Shown one piece after another: positions 1 to 12,155 of a stretch of DNA of 64,000 bases (position 1 is its first letter; each line of letters begins with the position of its first letter). The notes under the pieces were generated by a model. The model worked only from the letters and a program-made list of their open reading frames with translations, was not told the origin of the DNA and did no database searches. The DNA comes from Octopus bimaculoides (lineage: Eukaryota). The stretch lies in assembly GCF_001194135.2 (NCBI RefSeq), contig NC_068998.1:12747440-12811439 (forward strand), in the 5' to 3' direction. The translations under genes and the position numbers were made by a program.

Positions 1-34
<34 letters not shown>

Positions 35-40
35 GTAGAT
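1..40. repeat. (AT)n microsatellite
   Basis: Direct dinucleotide run at the window start. Confidence 0.95.
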
Positions 41-926
41 ATTTACGTGCGTGCATTGTTTTGTGTATGTTTGGTTGTTTATATTTGCGTGTTTCGCGTA
101 TTTTTGTATGTACACATGCATTTATCAACACGCCGAACATTCATGCATGTGTATAGACACATGCGCGCATGTTTATTATAAGCATGCATACGTGCGTACG
201 TACATTGGCATACATAATTTATTATGTGTAGGTGTTGCGACGACCTATTCTTACACGTCCCCTGATCTGCTGTTACCGAAGGAATGCCAGAAATATTTAT
301 AAAGGGACAGATGGTGGGGTGGGGGTGAAGTGCAGATGTTTAATTTGTTTCCTTGCTATGTGTGTTGGGCTCTCATTATTTCAGAATTTGGTGTATAAGT
401 GAAATTACAACAATTTCTCTGTTTTCCTGAAATGAAAACAAATCCCTTTGGCAAACACCCCTTTTTTAATATTCAAATAAAATCGTTATCAAAGATAAAT
501 GTTTTCTCTTCTTTCAGCAGAGAATTATCATTTATTTCTCTTTTTATTTTTGGGGTGGTGGTTTTAATAATCAATAGTTTCAGGAGAAAAAAAAGGAGGA
601 AAAGAAAACGGTAGAGGACCCCTATATTCCCTTTAAATCTCAAGAAACAATGCTTTATCGCTATAGCAGCAGTTTGGTTAGGGAAGCAATTTGGTTTTGT
701 CATAGTAGTAACACGTGCCAACGAGCGCCTTCCTCCAAGTTGACGTTTGTTTTGATGAACAAATTAGGGATTAGATTTTCAGAGATGAGGCATGTGTACT
801 CCCTACCACCTCCTGCGCTCTACGACAGCCGTCAGCCTTTTATCCTAGCATTCATTCATTGCTCTTGTTTTATAATAGTAGCAGTATTATTATTGTAGTA
901 GGGACTGGACTTCTGTTTAGACTTAC

Positions 927-960
927 TCATTCTCCCACACCGTTATAATGCTGACCTGAC
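927..960 (-). CDS. Candidate internal micro-exon (open frame xQVSIITVWEN), product unknown
   Basis: Minus strand cctattcattgcag|GTCAGG...GAGAATGA|gtaagt has a good acceptor and a consensus donor. No homology recognised. Confidence 0.2.
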
Positions 961-999
961 CTGCAATGAATAGGTTACACAAATAGTAATAAACTAACT

Positions 1000-1600
1000 C
1001 CATTTCCATCATGTTCTCTCTCTCTTTCTCTTCTCTTTTTTTCTTTCTTTTTCCTCATCTCTTTCTCACTTTTGCTCCTTTATTTTCACAATTTTTTCCC
1101 CTCTCTTCCTACATTTTCTGTCTTTTTCCTTTCAGATTATCCCTTTTTTTTTGTTTTTTACTTCAATTCCCTAGTTTCATTCTTTTTCCAATTCCCTATA
1201 TTAAAAAAAAAAAAATTCTTTCTCATTTCTTTGGCTTTCTTTTTTCTCTCCACCCCTTTTTCTTTCCTATTTCTCTCTCATGCCGACTTGCTCCCTTTTT
1301 CCAGCCTTGAAAAACCCCATCATTTTTCTCCGTCCTTTCAAACTCCTTTTCTTTTCACTTTCTCTTTTACTCCCAATCTCTTCCTCTTTTACATCATCCC
1401 TCTTCCTTCCTCTCCCCTGTTCTCTCTCATTAAAACATTTCATTAAATTTCTCTTCTTGTGTAATCCGTTTTAGTTTTTCTATTCCCCCTCTTCCTTTCT
1501 CTCTTTGACTGTTTATTCTCTTTATCAGTTGCATGTTATTATTTTATCCCTCTCACACATCTCTTTCTCCCTTTTCTCTCTAATTTGCACACTTCATAAG
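1000..1600. repeat. Pyrimidine-rich (CT/T) low-complexity tract
   Basis: About 600 bp of almost exclusively C/T on the + strand. It generates the F/L/S-rich spurious ORFs. Confidence 0.9.
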
Positions 1601-1799
1601 CTCTGCCTGCGATCCTTTTTTTGCGCAGACCCTGTGCATCAATAACACTAGATTGCAGTCTTTATATATTAGCATTTTCTCAAGCAACCATTATCAAGAA
1701 TTATGCATGTACACACACACTTAAAATATTGTTTTATTTAATGTTTTATAGCCTTATTTTAAACATATACACACACACAAACGCACACACACACACACG

Positions 1800-1847
<48 letters not shown>

Positions 1848-2348
1848 NNNNNNNNNNNNNNNNNNNNNNNNNNNNNNNNNNNNNNNNNNNNNNNNNNNNN
1901 NNNNNNNNNNNNNNNNNNNNNNNNNNNNNNNNNNNNNNNNNNNNNNNNNNNNNNNNNNNNNNNNNNNNNNNNNNNNNNNNNNNNNNNNNNNNNNNNNNNN
2001 NNNNNNNNNNNNNNNNNNNNNNNNNNNNNNNNNNNNNNNNNNNNNNNNNNNNNNNNNNNNNNNNNNNNNNNNNNNNNNNNNNNNNNNNNNNNNNNNNNNN
2101 NNNNNNNNNNNNNNNNNNNNNNNNNNNNNNNNNNNNNNNNNNNNNNNNNNNNNNNNNNNNNNNNNNNNNNNNNNNNNNNNNNNNNNNNNNNNNNNNNNNN
2201 NNNNNNNNNNNNNNNNNNNNNNNNNNNNNNNNNNNNNNNNNNNNNNNNNNNNNNNNNNNNNNNNNNNNNNNNNNNNNNNNNNNNNNNNNNNNNNNNNNNN
2301 NNNNNNNNNNNNNNNNNNNNNNNNNNNNNNNNNNNNNNNNNNNNNNNN
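1848..2348. other. Assembly gap (representative of about 18 N-runs)
   Basis: N-run. Others at approx. 3945, 4897, 12762-13030, 14059-14219, 15279-15603, 20055-20201, 21567-21746, 22746-23009, 26041-26879, 31972, 38969-39604, 44307-44389, 45354-45649, 50209-50647, 52637, 56333-56522 and 59257. Most abut (AT)n/(CA)n/(CAT)n runs. Confidence 0.98.
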
Positions 2349-2575
2349 GGCACATAAAAGACACCATTTCGAGCGTGGCCGTTTTCGTGCAGGTGACACG
2401 TAAAAGCACCCACTACACTCTCTGAGTGGTTGGCGTTAGGAAGGGCATCCAGCTGTAGAAACTCTGCCAAATCAGACTGGAGCCTGGTGTTGCCATCCGG
2501 TTTCACCAGTCCTCAGTCAAATCGTCCAACCCATGCTAGCATGGAAAGCGGACGTTAAACGATGATGATGATGAT
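2349..2575 (+). mobile_element. Family A: 5'-truncated RTE-type retroposon 3' end with (GAT)n tail
   Basis: Ends cgtccaacCCATGCTAGCATGGaaagcggacgttaaac(gat)n, containing a 14-bp perfect palindrome. Very similar to the copies at 25350, 26880 and 63500. Confidence 0.85.
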
Positions 2576-2759
2576 AGAGTGTTTGTGTGTGTGTATTAGT
2601 AAAATACAGGAAACATATACAATCTTTTATGCTCTATAAAACGTACATGCATTTTTGCCAATAAACTGCTAGGATTACATGATTGCTTGTTGAAACTCTA
2701 TATAATCTTATTAATTCACCTCCTCAGTGTGTTTGTGTTTGTGTGGATGGAGATATATT

Positions 2760-2992
2760 GTGAGGGTGTATGGTCTAGTGGTTATAGTGTTGCATTCACA
2801 ATCACGAGATCATGGTTTCAGTTCCTGGATTAGATGGTGAAATGTGTTCTTGAGCAAGACACTTCATCTCATGTTGCTCTGCAGTCACTTTGACATCTGA
2901 TGTGTGGTACACTGTGCACCTGTACAGACAGTGGTGATTTGATGGAGGGAGTGAGATAATGTACAGTAAAAAAACATTTGATTGCTATAAAA
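2760..2992 (+). mobile_element. Degenerate tRNA-headed SINE (apparently continues at about 3320-3370 after a MITE insertion)
   Basis: A-box-like tggtctagtgg, B-box-like ggtttcagttcc, then tgtgttcttgagcaagacacttcatctcatgttgctc shared with family G. Confidence 0.6.
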
Positions 2993-3319
2993 TAGGGTTT
3001 CTCAGCCATTTTTTATCTATGGACCCCTTTGATTACTATTTTATTCTGGTGGACCTCCATAGCCATTTGATGGTTAAAAACTAGTTTTGTAGAAGCTGTT
3101 TTCGAAATTCCTTTTTCGCACATTAATTTCTGTAGGTTGAACTATGTAAAATGTTAGAGAAAGGAAAATCAAGCTGTTTCTTGCAATACATACTAATACA
3201 TATATCTAAAGCAAAATTTTTTTCAGGAGCCCTTAAATTACTATTTCGGATCTCTAATTGACTATTTTGCTGCGTGGACCACCAAAAATCTTATATGGAC
3301 CCTCAGATGAGAACCACTG
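2993..3319. mobile_element. Old hAT-like MITE
   Basis: Termini tagggtttctca / tgagaaccactg form an imperfect TIR. Flanks ctataaaa / ctgcaaac are a 5/8 remnant of an 8-bp TSD. Confidence 0.55.
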
Positions 3320-3415
3320 CTGCAAACAAATCATTTGTGCAGGTTGTTCAGCAAGAAATTTCAGAACTGCCATTCTCAGATTACAAGTGACTACTATCGC
3401 ACACACGCATGCACG

Positions 3416-3459
<44 letters not shown>

Positions 3460-3785
3460 TATTATTGAACCTGAGTTTTTATCTTACAACTTGAGTTTCA
3501 CACCACGGCTACCTGTTCTAGCCTGAAGATTGCAGTTGCATGAAACTTGAGTTGGGAGATAAACTTCAGTTTCAAGAAGTGACTACAACTTGTATTAAAT
3601 GCATCTCCCTCATTTGTTCAATACAATCCCGCATTTGTGTTTGCTTAGATATAGATATATATATATATAATAAAAGGTGAGAAAATGGAGAGTTGGTAAG
3701 GATGTAAATCATTTTATTAACATAGTTCCAAGATAAAATCTGAATACAAGTAAACTCAATACAATAAGTTCAATATATAGTCCAT

Positions 3786-4185
3786 GTGAAGGTGCATGGC
3801 TCAGTGGTTAGAGCATTGGGCTCACAATCATGAGGTAGTGAGTTTGATTCCCGGGTTGGGCTGTGTGTTGTGCTCTTGAGCAAGACACTTTATTTCATGT
3901 TGCTCCAGTTCACTCAACTGTAGAAATTAGCTGCAATGTCACTGNNNNNNNNNNTTCATGTTGCTCCAGTTCACTCAACTGTAGAAATTAGCTGCAATGT
4001 CACTGGTGTCAAGCTGTATCAGCCTTTGCCTTTCCTTTGGATAACATCTGTGACCTGGAGAGAGGAGGTTGGTATGCATGTGTGACTGCTAGTCTTCCAT
4101 AAATAACTTTGCCCAGACTTGTGCCTTGGAAGGTAACTTTCTAGGTGCAATCCCATGGTCATTCATAACCAAAGGGTGTCCTTTT
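3786..4185 (+). mobile_element. Family G tRNA-headed SINE
   Basis: A-box tggctcagtgg, B-box agtttgattcc, central gagcaagacactttatttcatgttgctccagttcactcaactgt. Homologous to 13540-13785. Contains an artefactual 51-bp duplication around a 10-N gap. Confidence 0.8.
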
Positions 4186-5080
4186 TCCCTTCAGTCCATA
4201 ATAGTCCATCCGACAGTCTTACACTCAGTTAACATTGTTTACCCAATTTCACTTTCAGAGTCAGAGTTATTTAGATGTTATGTGTGAAGATACTTGCCCA
4301 AAGTACCAGACAGTGAAATCAGACCTAGCGTCAGATTGTGAAACAAACTTACATACACTGCGATATGCATGCATGCACACACAAATTCACAGAATACACT
4401 CACATGGTCAGAAATATACTTCTTTCTTAGCTAACAACTTTTTTTGAATCACAAGGAAGCATGTAGTTGGTATTCATCTTTGGTTTCTTAAACATTAAAA
4501 CGGCAAGAGATAAATCTATCACTAGATAGGCTGCTGGTTTGTCTTATCACAGGCAGTTCTTTTCACTGCAGGAGTTAAGCTCAACACTGCATGATGACAA
4601 ATCATTTGCTGATTTTATAATGTTGCTGCTGCTACTGTAGTGGGTTATTCATGTATAAGACCAAGGCTGCCCAGAATTACACAACAACAGCAGCAGCAGT
4701 AGGTAATTATTGTATCGAGTACTGAGGAGTGAAGGGCAAATTTACCTTAACAAGATTTGAATTCAGAATGGTGCAGGATGAAACTAAATACTCTACTGAT
4801 TTGTGAAACTGGATGTTGCATCAGCAGTTAAACTGATCCTATTTTATTGACTGATTCTTGGAAGGCAAAGTAAATTTCGTAGAATTTGCACCCCCCNNNN
4901 NNNNNNAAAAAAAAAAAAAAAAAAAAAAAAACAACTTAGAAGTATTTGATTCCTATTGGAAAGGTCAATGTTTATAGAAGTTGTGTGTGTATGGTGTTTG
5001 GGAAATTTTAAATTGCATTAATCTCCATATATTATCAGTAAAATTTTTTTAGTTGATCGTTGCAGGAATTGTGTGCAGTA

Positions 5081-5308
5081 TCTTTTATCTTTTACTTGTT
5101 TCAGTCATTAGACTGCGGCCATGCTGGGGCACTGCCTTGAAGAAGTTTTAGTTAAATGAATCAACACCAGTACTTACTTTTTGTTAAACCTGGTACTTGT
5201 ATCGGTTTTTGTTTGCTGAATTGTTAAGTTACAGGGACATGAGCACACCAACACTGATTGTCAAGCAGTGGTGGGGAACAAACACCGACACAAAGACACA
5301 TGTGCATA

Positions 5309-5402
<94 letters not shown>

Positions 5403-5460
5403 AGGCTTCTTTCAGTTTCTGTCTAAAAATCCTCTTAAAGGCTTTGGTTGGCCCAAGGCT
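5081..5460 (-). mobile_element. Family C SINE (5'-truncated) with expanded (CA)n
   Basis: Reverse complement of the family C body and tail (gaaacaagtaaaaga). Internal (CA) run of about 100 bp. Confidence 0.8.
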
Positions 5461-6284
5461 CAATGCACCCTTCTCTCCCTTCAAGCTATCACATCCTTGA
5501 TGTTCCATTGGGTCAAAAGAGAGAATACTGAGAGGTTGTCTATATCGCTTTTTCACTACAGAGGGACCTAAAACAATTTGGTGGTGCGAGCTACTAGGTT
5601 GTATTTGTGTGTAAGTGATGGCTTAGCTAGTACCAAGTCAGTTCTGATTGTATGATCCAAAACATTCCAGCCATGACGATCCTGTATTATACAAACTGTT
5701 CCTAAATACATTATAATTATATCTTAATAAATTAAAACATAATCTACCTACAATCATATTATCCAGCATTCTTCTTTGTTACAGACTATTAGGTATGATA
5801 TGAAGGATATTTGGCTGCAGTTTTTAGTAGATTGACCAACTGCATAGAGCTATGGTAGAGACCCACTTTTTGATGTACTAGAAACAGCAGTCAAATTTCC
5901 CTCAAGAGGCTGACAAGGGAAGCCACTGTATGAGTACTGGAGAACCTTATTAATAACCAGAGCATCTATAAGTGCATAAGAACCTGTTGGAGTACATATA
6001 TGTTGAGAAAAATAATGAATCATTAATTATCCAAATTCATAAGTATGCAACTTATAGGCTTAAACTGTTTTCTTTTTTTTTTTTAACATATGGGTTATTA
6101 TAGACAATGTCATTAACAGGGGTTGGTTTTCAAATTTAAATGTTAGCAGAAGAGGGTCTCTACCACAGCCTTATGCATTTCACCAATCTGTGAGAAATTG
6201 TAGCCAAATTTTCCTCAAATCATACTTAACAGTCTTTAATAATTAAAGTAAATTATGACTTAAATGATAAAACATAATATATAA

Positions 6285-6690
6285 TCGTGGCCGATGCCAG
6301 TGCCAGTCGTGACCAATGCCAGTGCTGTCTGACTGGCACCCATGCTGGTAGCATGTAAAAAGCACCGGTCAAGCATTGGGCCTCATGGAGGCAATGACAG
6401 GTGATCAAGACCCTTGGTGATATACCGTGCTTGTGCTGACCTGTCAAGCCAAGTGAGACCATAGTCGTGGCCGGTGCCAGTGTCAAGTCAATGGCACCCA
6501 TGCTGGTGGCAAGTTAAAAACACCCACTACACTCTCAGAGTGGTTGGCGTTAGGAAGGGCATCCAGCCATAGAAACCTTGCCAAATCAGATTGGAACCTG
6601 GTGCAGACCCTGGCTTACCAGTTTTCAGTCAGACCGTCCAACCCATGCCAACATGGAAAACGGATGTTAAACGATAATGATGATGATGAT
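6285..6690 (+). mobile_element. Family A variant, longer copy with internal sub-repeats
   Basis: Two copies of a tcgtggcc..tgccagtg...tggcacccatgctgg module, then the RTE-type tail aacccatgccaacatggaaaacggatgttaaac(gat)n. Confidence 0.8.
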
Positions 6691-6761
6691 TTAGGACTAA
6701 ATTGTATAAGGTAGAGTTGATCCAAGTGGATGGATAGTATCATTAATCTTTGTATAATAAT

Positions 6762-6977
6762 CCTTTCTACTCTAGGCACAAGGCCTGAAATTTTGGGGGA
6801 GGGGGCTAGTCGATTACATCTACTCCAATATTTTGACTGGTACTTATTTTATCGACACTGAAAGAATGAAAGGTAAAGTTGACCTCAGCGGAACTTGAAC
6901 TCAGAACGTGAAGACAGACGAAATACCACTAAGCATTTTGCCCAATGTGCTAACGTTTCTGGCAGCTTGCTGCCTTA
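6762..6977 (-). mobile_element. Family B SINE, full length
   Basis: 17-bp TSD aatctttgtataataat at 6745-6761 and 6978-6994. Head aaggcagcaagctgccagaaac. Central domain tttacctttcattctttcagtgtcgataaaataagtaccag resembles the Meta domain (from memory). Confidence 0.9.
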
Positions 6978-7310
6978 AATCTTTGTATAATAATAGCCAA
7001 TATAAATGGCTGAATGGTTGGTTTGTTAGTTGATTGGTTTCTCCAGTCAGGCTTTACATTACATTGAGAGAGGAAAAGAGAGGGAGAGAGAGAGTAAAAG
7101 ACAGAAACAGAGAGAGTTAACATAAGAGATGTTGCATGAGTGTACATACAAGGCTTGGTGGCAGGCAGAAATACTAAACTTGTGCTGTAAGAAAGAATCA
7201 TAGGAGGAGGAGAGGAAGTAAATGACAGTGTAGTTATGGGAAAGAAGTACAGACAATGCCCATCTTCCTCTGACTTGTATAGCCAGTCATCACCCATGAG
7301 AATGTATTGT

Positions 7311-7735
7311 TTGGTAACATCTTTCATGCTGTTGCTAATTATTTCAGGTGTAAACTCTTGGTAACATCTACCATGCTGTTGTTAATTGCTTCTGCTGTAG
7401 AGTCTTGGTAACATCTACCATGTTGCTAATTGTTTTAGGTGTGGAGTCTTAGCGACATCTGTCATGTTATTGCTAACTGTTTTCAAGTTGTAAGCTGACA
7501 GCAGATACTATCTCAGCTCGCTCGACCTCACCCAAGTGAAGCTTTTATGGTTTGGTAACATCTTTCATGCTGTTGCTAATTATTTTAGGTGTAAAGTCTT
7601 GGTAACATCTTCCAAGCTGTTGCTAATTGTTTTAGGTATAAAGTCTTGATAACACCTACCATGCTATTGCTGTTTTCAAGTTGTAAGCAGACATCAGACA
7701 TTCTCTAAGCTCACTCAACCTCACCCCAGTGGAAC
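7311..7735. repeat. 47-bp minisatellite with a higher-order duplication of about 241 bp
   Basis: Unit ttggtaacatct(a/t)(c/t)catgctgttgctaatt... starts at 7311, 7358, 7405, 7449 and again at 7552, 7599, 7646. Each block ends with the same spacer of about 60 bp (gttttcaagttgtaagc...acctcaccc). Confidence 0.9.
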
Positions 7736-7769
7736 ACCGAGGATGTGACTGCTGGAGGGAGAGACAGTT

Positions 7770-7920
7770 ACACCAGTACTTGGTTGATGTTCATTACAGC
7801 TGAGTTGACTGGAGCAACTTAAAATGAAGTGCTTTGCTGAAGGACAAAAACATACCACCCATCCAGGATTTGAACCCGCAGCCTTTATGATCTGATCATG
7901 ATACTGTAACTCTCAGGCCA
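7770..7920 (-). mobile_element. Degenerate family G-like SINE 5' portion
   Basis: acagctgagttgactggagcaac...ggatttgaacccg is the reverse complement of the G central domain plus B-box. Confidence 0.6.
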
Positions 7921-8591
7921 AATTACATTCACTTTCCTCTGACTAAGTCATTAAAAAAAGAAAAGAGAAGAAAAAGAAACAAAGCCTGAAATGGTGATAG
8001 TTTGAAGTCTTTGACCCCCTCCCCCCCCTCGTACCATTTATTTGACAGAGTGCAGGTAGTAAGTCACCTGCTCCCACACAATGCAGGTATCTCACCAGTT
8101 ACATTACTACTTAACCTACACTGGCTAAAACAACAGAATAAAACGAACTAAAAAAAATTACAATAACATCTGAAGTAAAAGTAATACCTGAATCTCAAAT
8201 GACAATTCATGTACCACTAGGTCTGTGTTTTTTGGCGTTTTTCTATTTTTATTATTATTTGTTTACTTTTTTTTTTTAACCGATTTAGTTGCTTTAGAGT
8301 AAATTGTTGTTGTTCATGTTGGTATTCTTAGTGTTGCTATTTTTTTTTTTTTTTTTTTGCCTGCAACTGATCGAATGAAACCAAATATTTGTGGAAGGAT
8401 GATATTTTAAGACTTTGTCTAGGTTTACATGCGTGATTGCATAAGCACAGACACACAGGAATGCGCACACACACACACACACAGACGCACTATGAGTACA
8501 CACAACTAAATGTACCAGCAATGCACATGCACACATGGATGAAAATACATACATGTCTTTGCTCAAACAGGAATGCAAATGAATGCACACA

Positions 8592-8639
<48 letters not shown>

Positions 8640-8699
8640 GGAGAGGGAGAAATGTATGTATACACATACACGCATATGCACTCCTCTTATACGTACACA

Positions 8700-9080
8700 T
8701 ACACACATGAATCAAACACATGCACACATAAGAATTGTAAAACACAGGGATACACAGATATAAATGCATATATGCTCATACGCAGATGCAACCACCACCA
8801 CCACCAGAAATGCACATTTACATGTTAACCCTCCCATACACTCACCCATAAAAAATGCGCACATTCACACACAAAAGTACTAGCATCTATAGAAAACAAC
8901 TCAACCATACATACCATACACAAAAGTCCACACACACACATACATAATACACAAAGGCTACAACCATACATACACAAAAGCACACAAACACACACACACA
9001 CAAGCTTATAATCAAATATACACAAAAGCACTAACACACACCAAAACACCTTTTCACACTTACACAAAAGCATACACACA
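8700..9080. repeat. Compound degenerate CA/CAT/CAA low-complexity tract
   Basis: Direct inspection. Source of the C/V-rich spurious ORFs. Confidence 0.85.
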
Positions 9081-9314
9081 ATGTATGAATGAAAGTTACT
9101 AATTTTTATTTTTGCTATCAGCTTTATTTATTAAACTATTAATATCATATTTATGCTCATGACCGGTTTTAAAAGGAAGATATAAGGAAGATATACTTAA
9201 TTGAACCTTTTCAAGTTTATTGCTGATACATTATTTCAATCTTGAGTGATAGTAGAAAAAGCCAACCCAGTTCTGGTTTGAAATTGAAACTGGAAAATAT
9301 TAATTTCTCTATCA

Positions 9315-9752
9315 CAGGCATAGGCATAGCTGTGTGGTAAGAAGTTTTGCTTCCCAACCACTTGGTTTCAAATTCAGTCCCACTGTATGTATGGTACCTT
9401 GGGGAAGTGTCTACTACTATAGTTTTGGGCCAACTAAGGCCGTGTGAGGGGATTTGGTAGACAGAAACTGAAAGAAGCCTGTCACACGTGTATGTATGTA
9501 TGTATGTATGTATGTATGTATGTATGTGTGTGTGGAAATGTTTGTCTCCTACCATTGCTTGACAACCAGCGTTGGTGTGTTTACATCCCTGTTACTTAGC
9601 GATTTGGCAAAAGAGAGCAATTGAATAAGTACCAGGCTTAAAAAGAAAAAGAAAAGAAAGTACTGGGGATTGATTTGTTTGACTACTTCAAAGTGGTGCC
9701 CCAGCATGGCCATAATCTAATGACCAAATGAAACAAGTAAATGATAAAAGAT
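9315..9752 (+). mobile_element. Family C tRNA-headed (CORE-like) SINE
   Basis: Head gctgtgtggtaagaag...ttcagtccc, CORE-like taccttggggaagtgtctactactatag, internal (TATG)n, tail gaaacaagtaaatgataaaaga. Confidence 0.85.
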
Positions 9753-10018
9753 ATGATTTAGTTGGTAGATATTAGACAGTGTGTGCTACTGGCTCTGGGT
9801 CGGGATGTAATATGAATACTGAAGCAGAGTGTGTTATGACTACTGGAACAGCATGTGCTATAGGTATTGGAGGAGGCACTGAAATAGGATATACTGTGGC
9901 TAGCGAAATAGGGGTGTGCTATGGGAAGTGAAACAGGATGTGCGTATTCTATAGATTATACGATTCAAAGTGTGGGAATCACTGCAAAATTAATGTAATA
10001 TATCTAATTGACAATTAA

Positions 10019-10232
10019 GGCAACAAGTTGGTAGAATTATTGGCATGCTGGACAAAGGTGCTTAGGTGAAATTTCATCCACCTTTAAGCTCTGAGTTCAA
10101 ATCTACTGAGGTGGACTTTGCCTTTCATCCTTTTGGGGGTCGATGAAATAAGTACGAGTTGGGTACCGGAGTTAATGTAATCGACTTACTCCTGCTCCTG
10201 AAGTTACTGGCCTTGTGCCAAAATTTGAAATG
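10019..10232 (+). mobile_element. Family B SINE, full length
   Basis: Perfect 22-bp direct repeat aatatatctaattgacaattaa at 9997-10018 and 10233-10254. Confidence 0.9.
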
Positions 10233-10506
10233 AATATATCTAATTGACAATTAATGTATTTCTAAATTGTGTAGAAAACGGGAAATAGACAGAAATAATA
10301 AGGTTGAAGTACATTATGAAGATATACTGGAATATTTCTTTGTTTCTTGTAAAACTTTGTAAAAAGCCCCAGGTCAATGAGACAATACTAAAATTTGCCC
10401 CTTGATTAAATGAGGCAGTGAGGAAATCTCTTATGTGGTTACTCACTCTGCTAGAAATAGTAGCCATACAACCGTCAGGAAGGGGCATGTTAGATAATGT
10501 AGTCCT

Positions 10507-10888
10507 TGTTGGCACTCCGTTGTTTACGACGTCAAGGGTTCCAGTTGATCTGATCAACGGAACAGCCTGCTCATGAAATTAACGTGCAAGTGGCCGAGCA
10601 CTCCACAGACACGTGTACCCTTAACGTAGTTCTCGGGGATATTCAGCGTGACACAGTGTGACAAGGCTGGCCCTTTGAATTACAGGCACGATAGAAACAG
10701 GAAGTAAGAGTGAGAGAAAGTTGTGGTGAAAGAGTACAGCAGGGTTCGCCACCATCCCCTGCCGGAGCCTCATGGAGCTTTAGGTGTTTTTGCTCAATAA
10801 ACACTCACAACGCCCGGTCTGGAAATCGAAACCGCGATCCTCCGACCGCGAGTCCGCTGCCCTAACCACTGGGCCATTGCGCATCCAC
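10507..10888 (-). mobile_element. Family D tRNA-headed SINE, young full-length copy
   Basis: 11-bp TSD aatgtagtcct (10496-10506 / 10889-10899). Head on minus strand with A-box tggcccagtgg and B-box ggtttcgatttcc. Highly similar to 11754 and 51982. Confidence 0.9.
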
Positions 10889-11753
10889 AATGTAGTCCTA
10901 CACGCCACTAAAAAGATGAGATGGTCTCAATTCATCTTAGATAATGTAGTCCTACAATACTCATATGATTAGATGATGTAGTCCTACATACCATTAAAAC
11001 GATGAGATGGTCATAACTGGAATATTCTTGATCATCAGTATCCTCAATTACAGTTGATTTTATAGTTAAATGAGTACCAATAATAACTGGAGTTCTAGTT
11101 TCAATCAAGAAAAAAAAACAAACAAATAAAAAGCAAAAACACTAAAGCTTTCAACATTATTATACACAGTCCGAAGGAACTCTGCTAGGCATTGCTTACA
11201 TCCTACGCAAGACATTTTCAATTCAGTAGCACAACTGAAACAGTACACAAAAAGAGGTGCAGTTGTCGGATTACAGGCAGGCTAACAGAAAAAAAGACTT
11301 TCTATATAGCTGATGACCAGGAATAAGAGCACCCTTGAAATAAATTCTTTCCTCGAATACTCGGTAGACTTCCTAGAAGTTGTTGATAGCTTCTGTTATC
11401 TAGGTGACCCAGTTAGGCGTGGATGTGTGTGGGTATTCCACAAGCATGAGTAGCCAGAGAAGAATGGGGGTGGAAGAAGTTCAGGCTACTATTGTCTCTG
11501 CTGGTAATAAAAAGATAATCTTCCATGTGAAGGCCAGATTGTAGTAAGTGTAATGTTGTGTGTTCAGGAAACATTGGCATTGAATAAGGAAGACGTGAGA
11601 TGTGCAAAGGCTGGAAAAAAAACTGAGGTGAGCATGCTGTACTAAGCGTGAAATATTAGTGTACATGAATAGCAGGGCATAAGTGAGCTGGGAGAAAAAC
11701 TGGGTATAAAAGGAATTAAATGTAGAATGCAAAAGAGAAGGCAGTGCTGGTAT

Positions 11754-12127
11754 GTGTGTTGGCACTCCGTCACTTATGACGTCGAGGGTTCCAGTTGATC
11801 CGATCAATGGAACAGCCTGCTCGTGAAATTAACGTGCAAGTAGCTGAGCACTCCACAGACACGTGTACCCTTAACGTAGTTCTCGGGGATATTCAGCGTG
11901 ACAAGGCTGACCCTTTGAATTACAGACACAACAGAAACAGGAAGTAAGAGTGAGAGAAAGTTGTGGTGGAAGAGTACAGCAGGGTTCGCCACCATCCCCT
12001 GCCGGAGCTTCGTGGAGCTTTAGGTGTTTTTGCTCAATAAACACTCACAACGCCTGGTCTGGGAATTGAAACCGCGATCCTATGACTGTGAGTCCACTGC
12101 CCTAACCACTGGGCCATTGCGCCTCCA
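11754..12127 (-). mobile_element. Family D SINE inserted in the RTE remnant
   Basis: 12-bp TSD cagtgctggtat at 11742-11753 and 12128-12139. Confidence 0.9.
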
Positions 12128-12155
12128 CAGTGCTGGTATAGATGTGATGAATATA

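Noticed and set aside
3894-4005. Exact 51-bp direct repeat inside the family G SINE
   Set aside because: The two copies flank a 10-N gap and are identical, which indicates an unmerged contig overlap rather than a biological duplication.
7311-7735. Repeat array as a CRISPR-like locus
   Set aside because: The units are contiguous and degenerate with no unique spacers, there are no cas genes, and the context is eukaryotic.
9780-9960. Degenerate tgtgcta..ggaa.agg repeat that could encode a G/T/C-rich peptide
   Set aside because: The periodicity is irregular and the frames close quickly. Treated as low-complexity DNA.
10810-10888. SINE heads (families B, C, D, E, G) as tRNA genes
   Set aside because: They have A/B-box-like motifs but no closed cloverleaf with an acceptor stem, and they continue into repeat bodies with TSDs.
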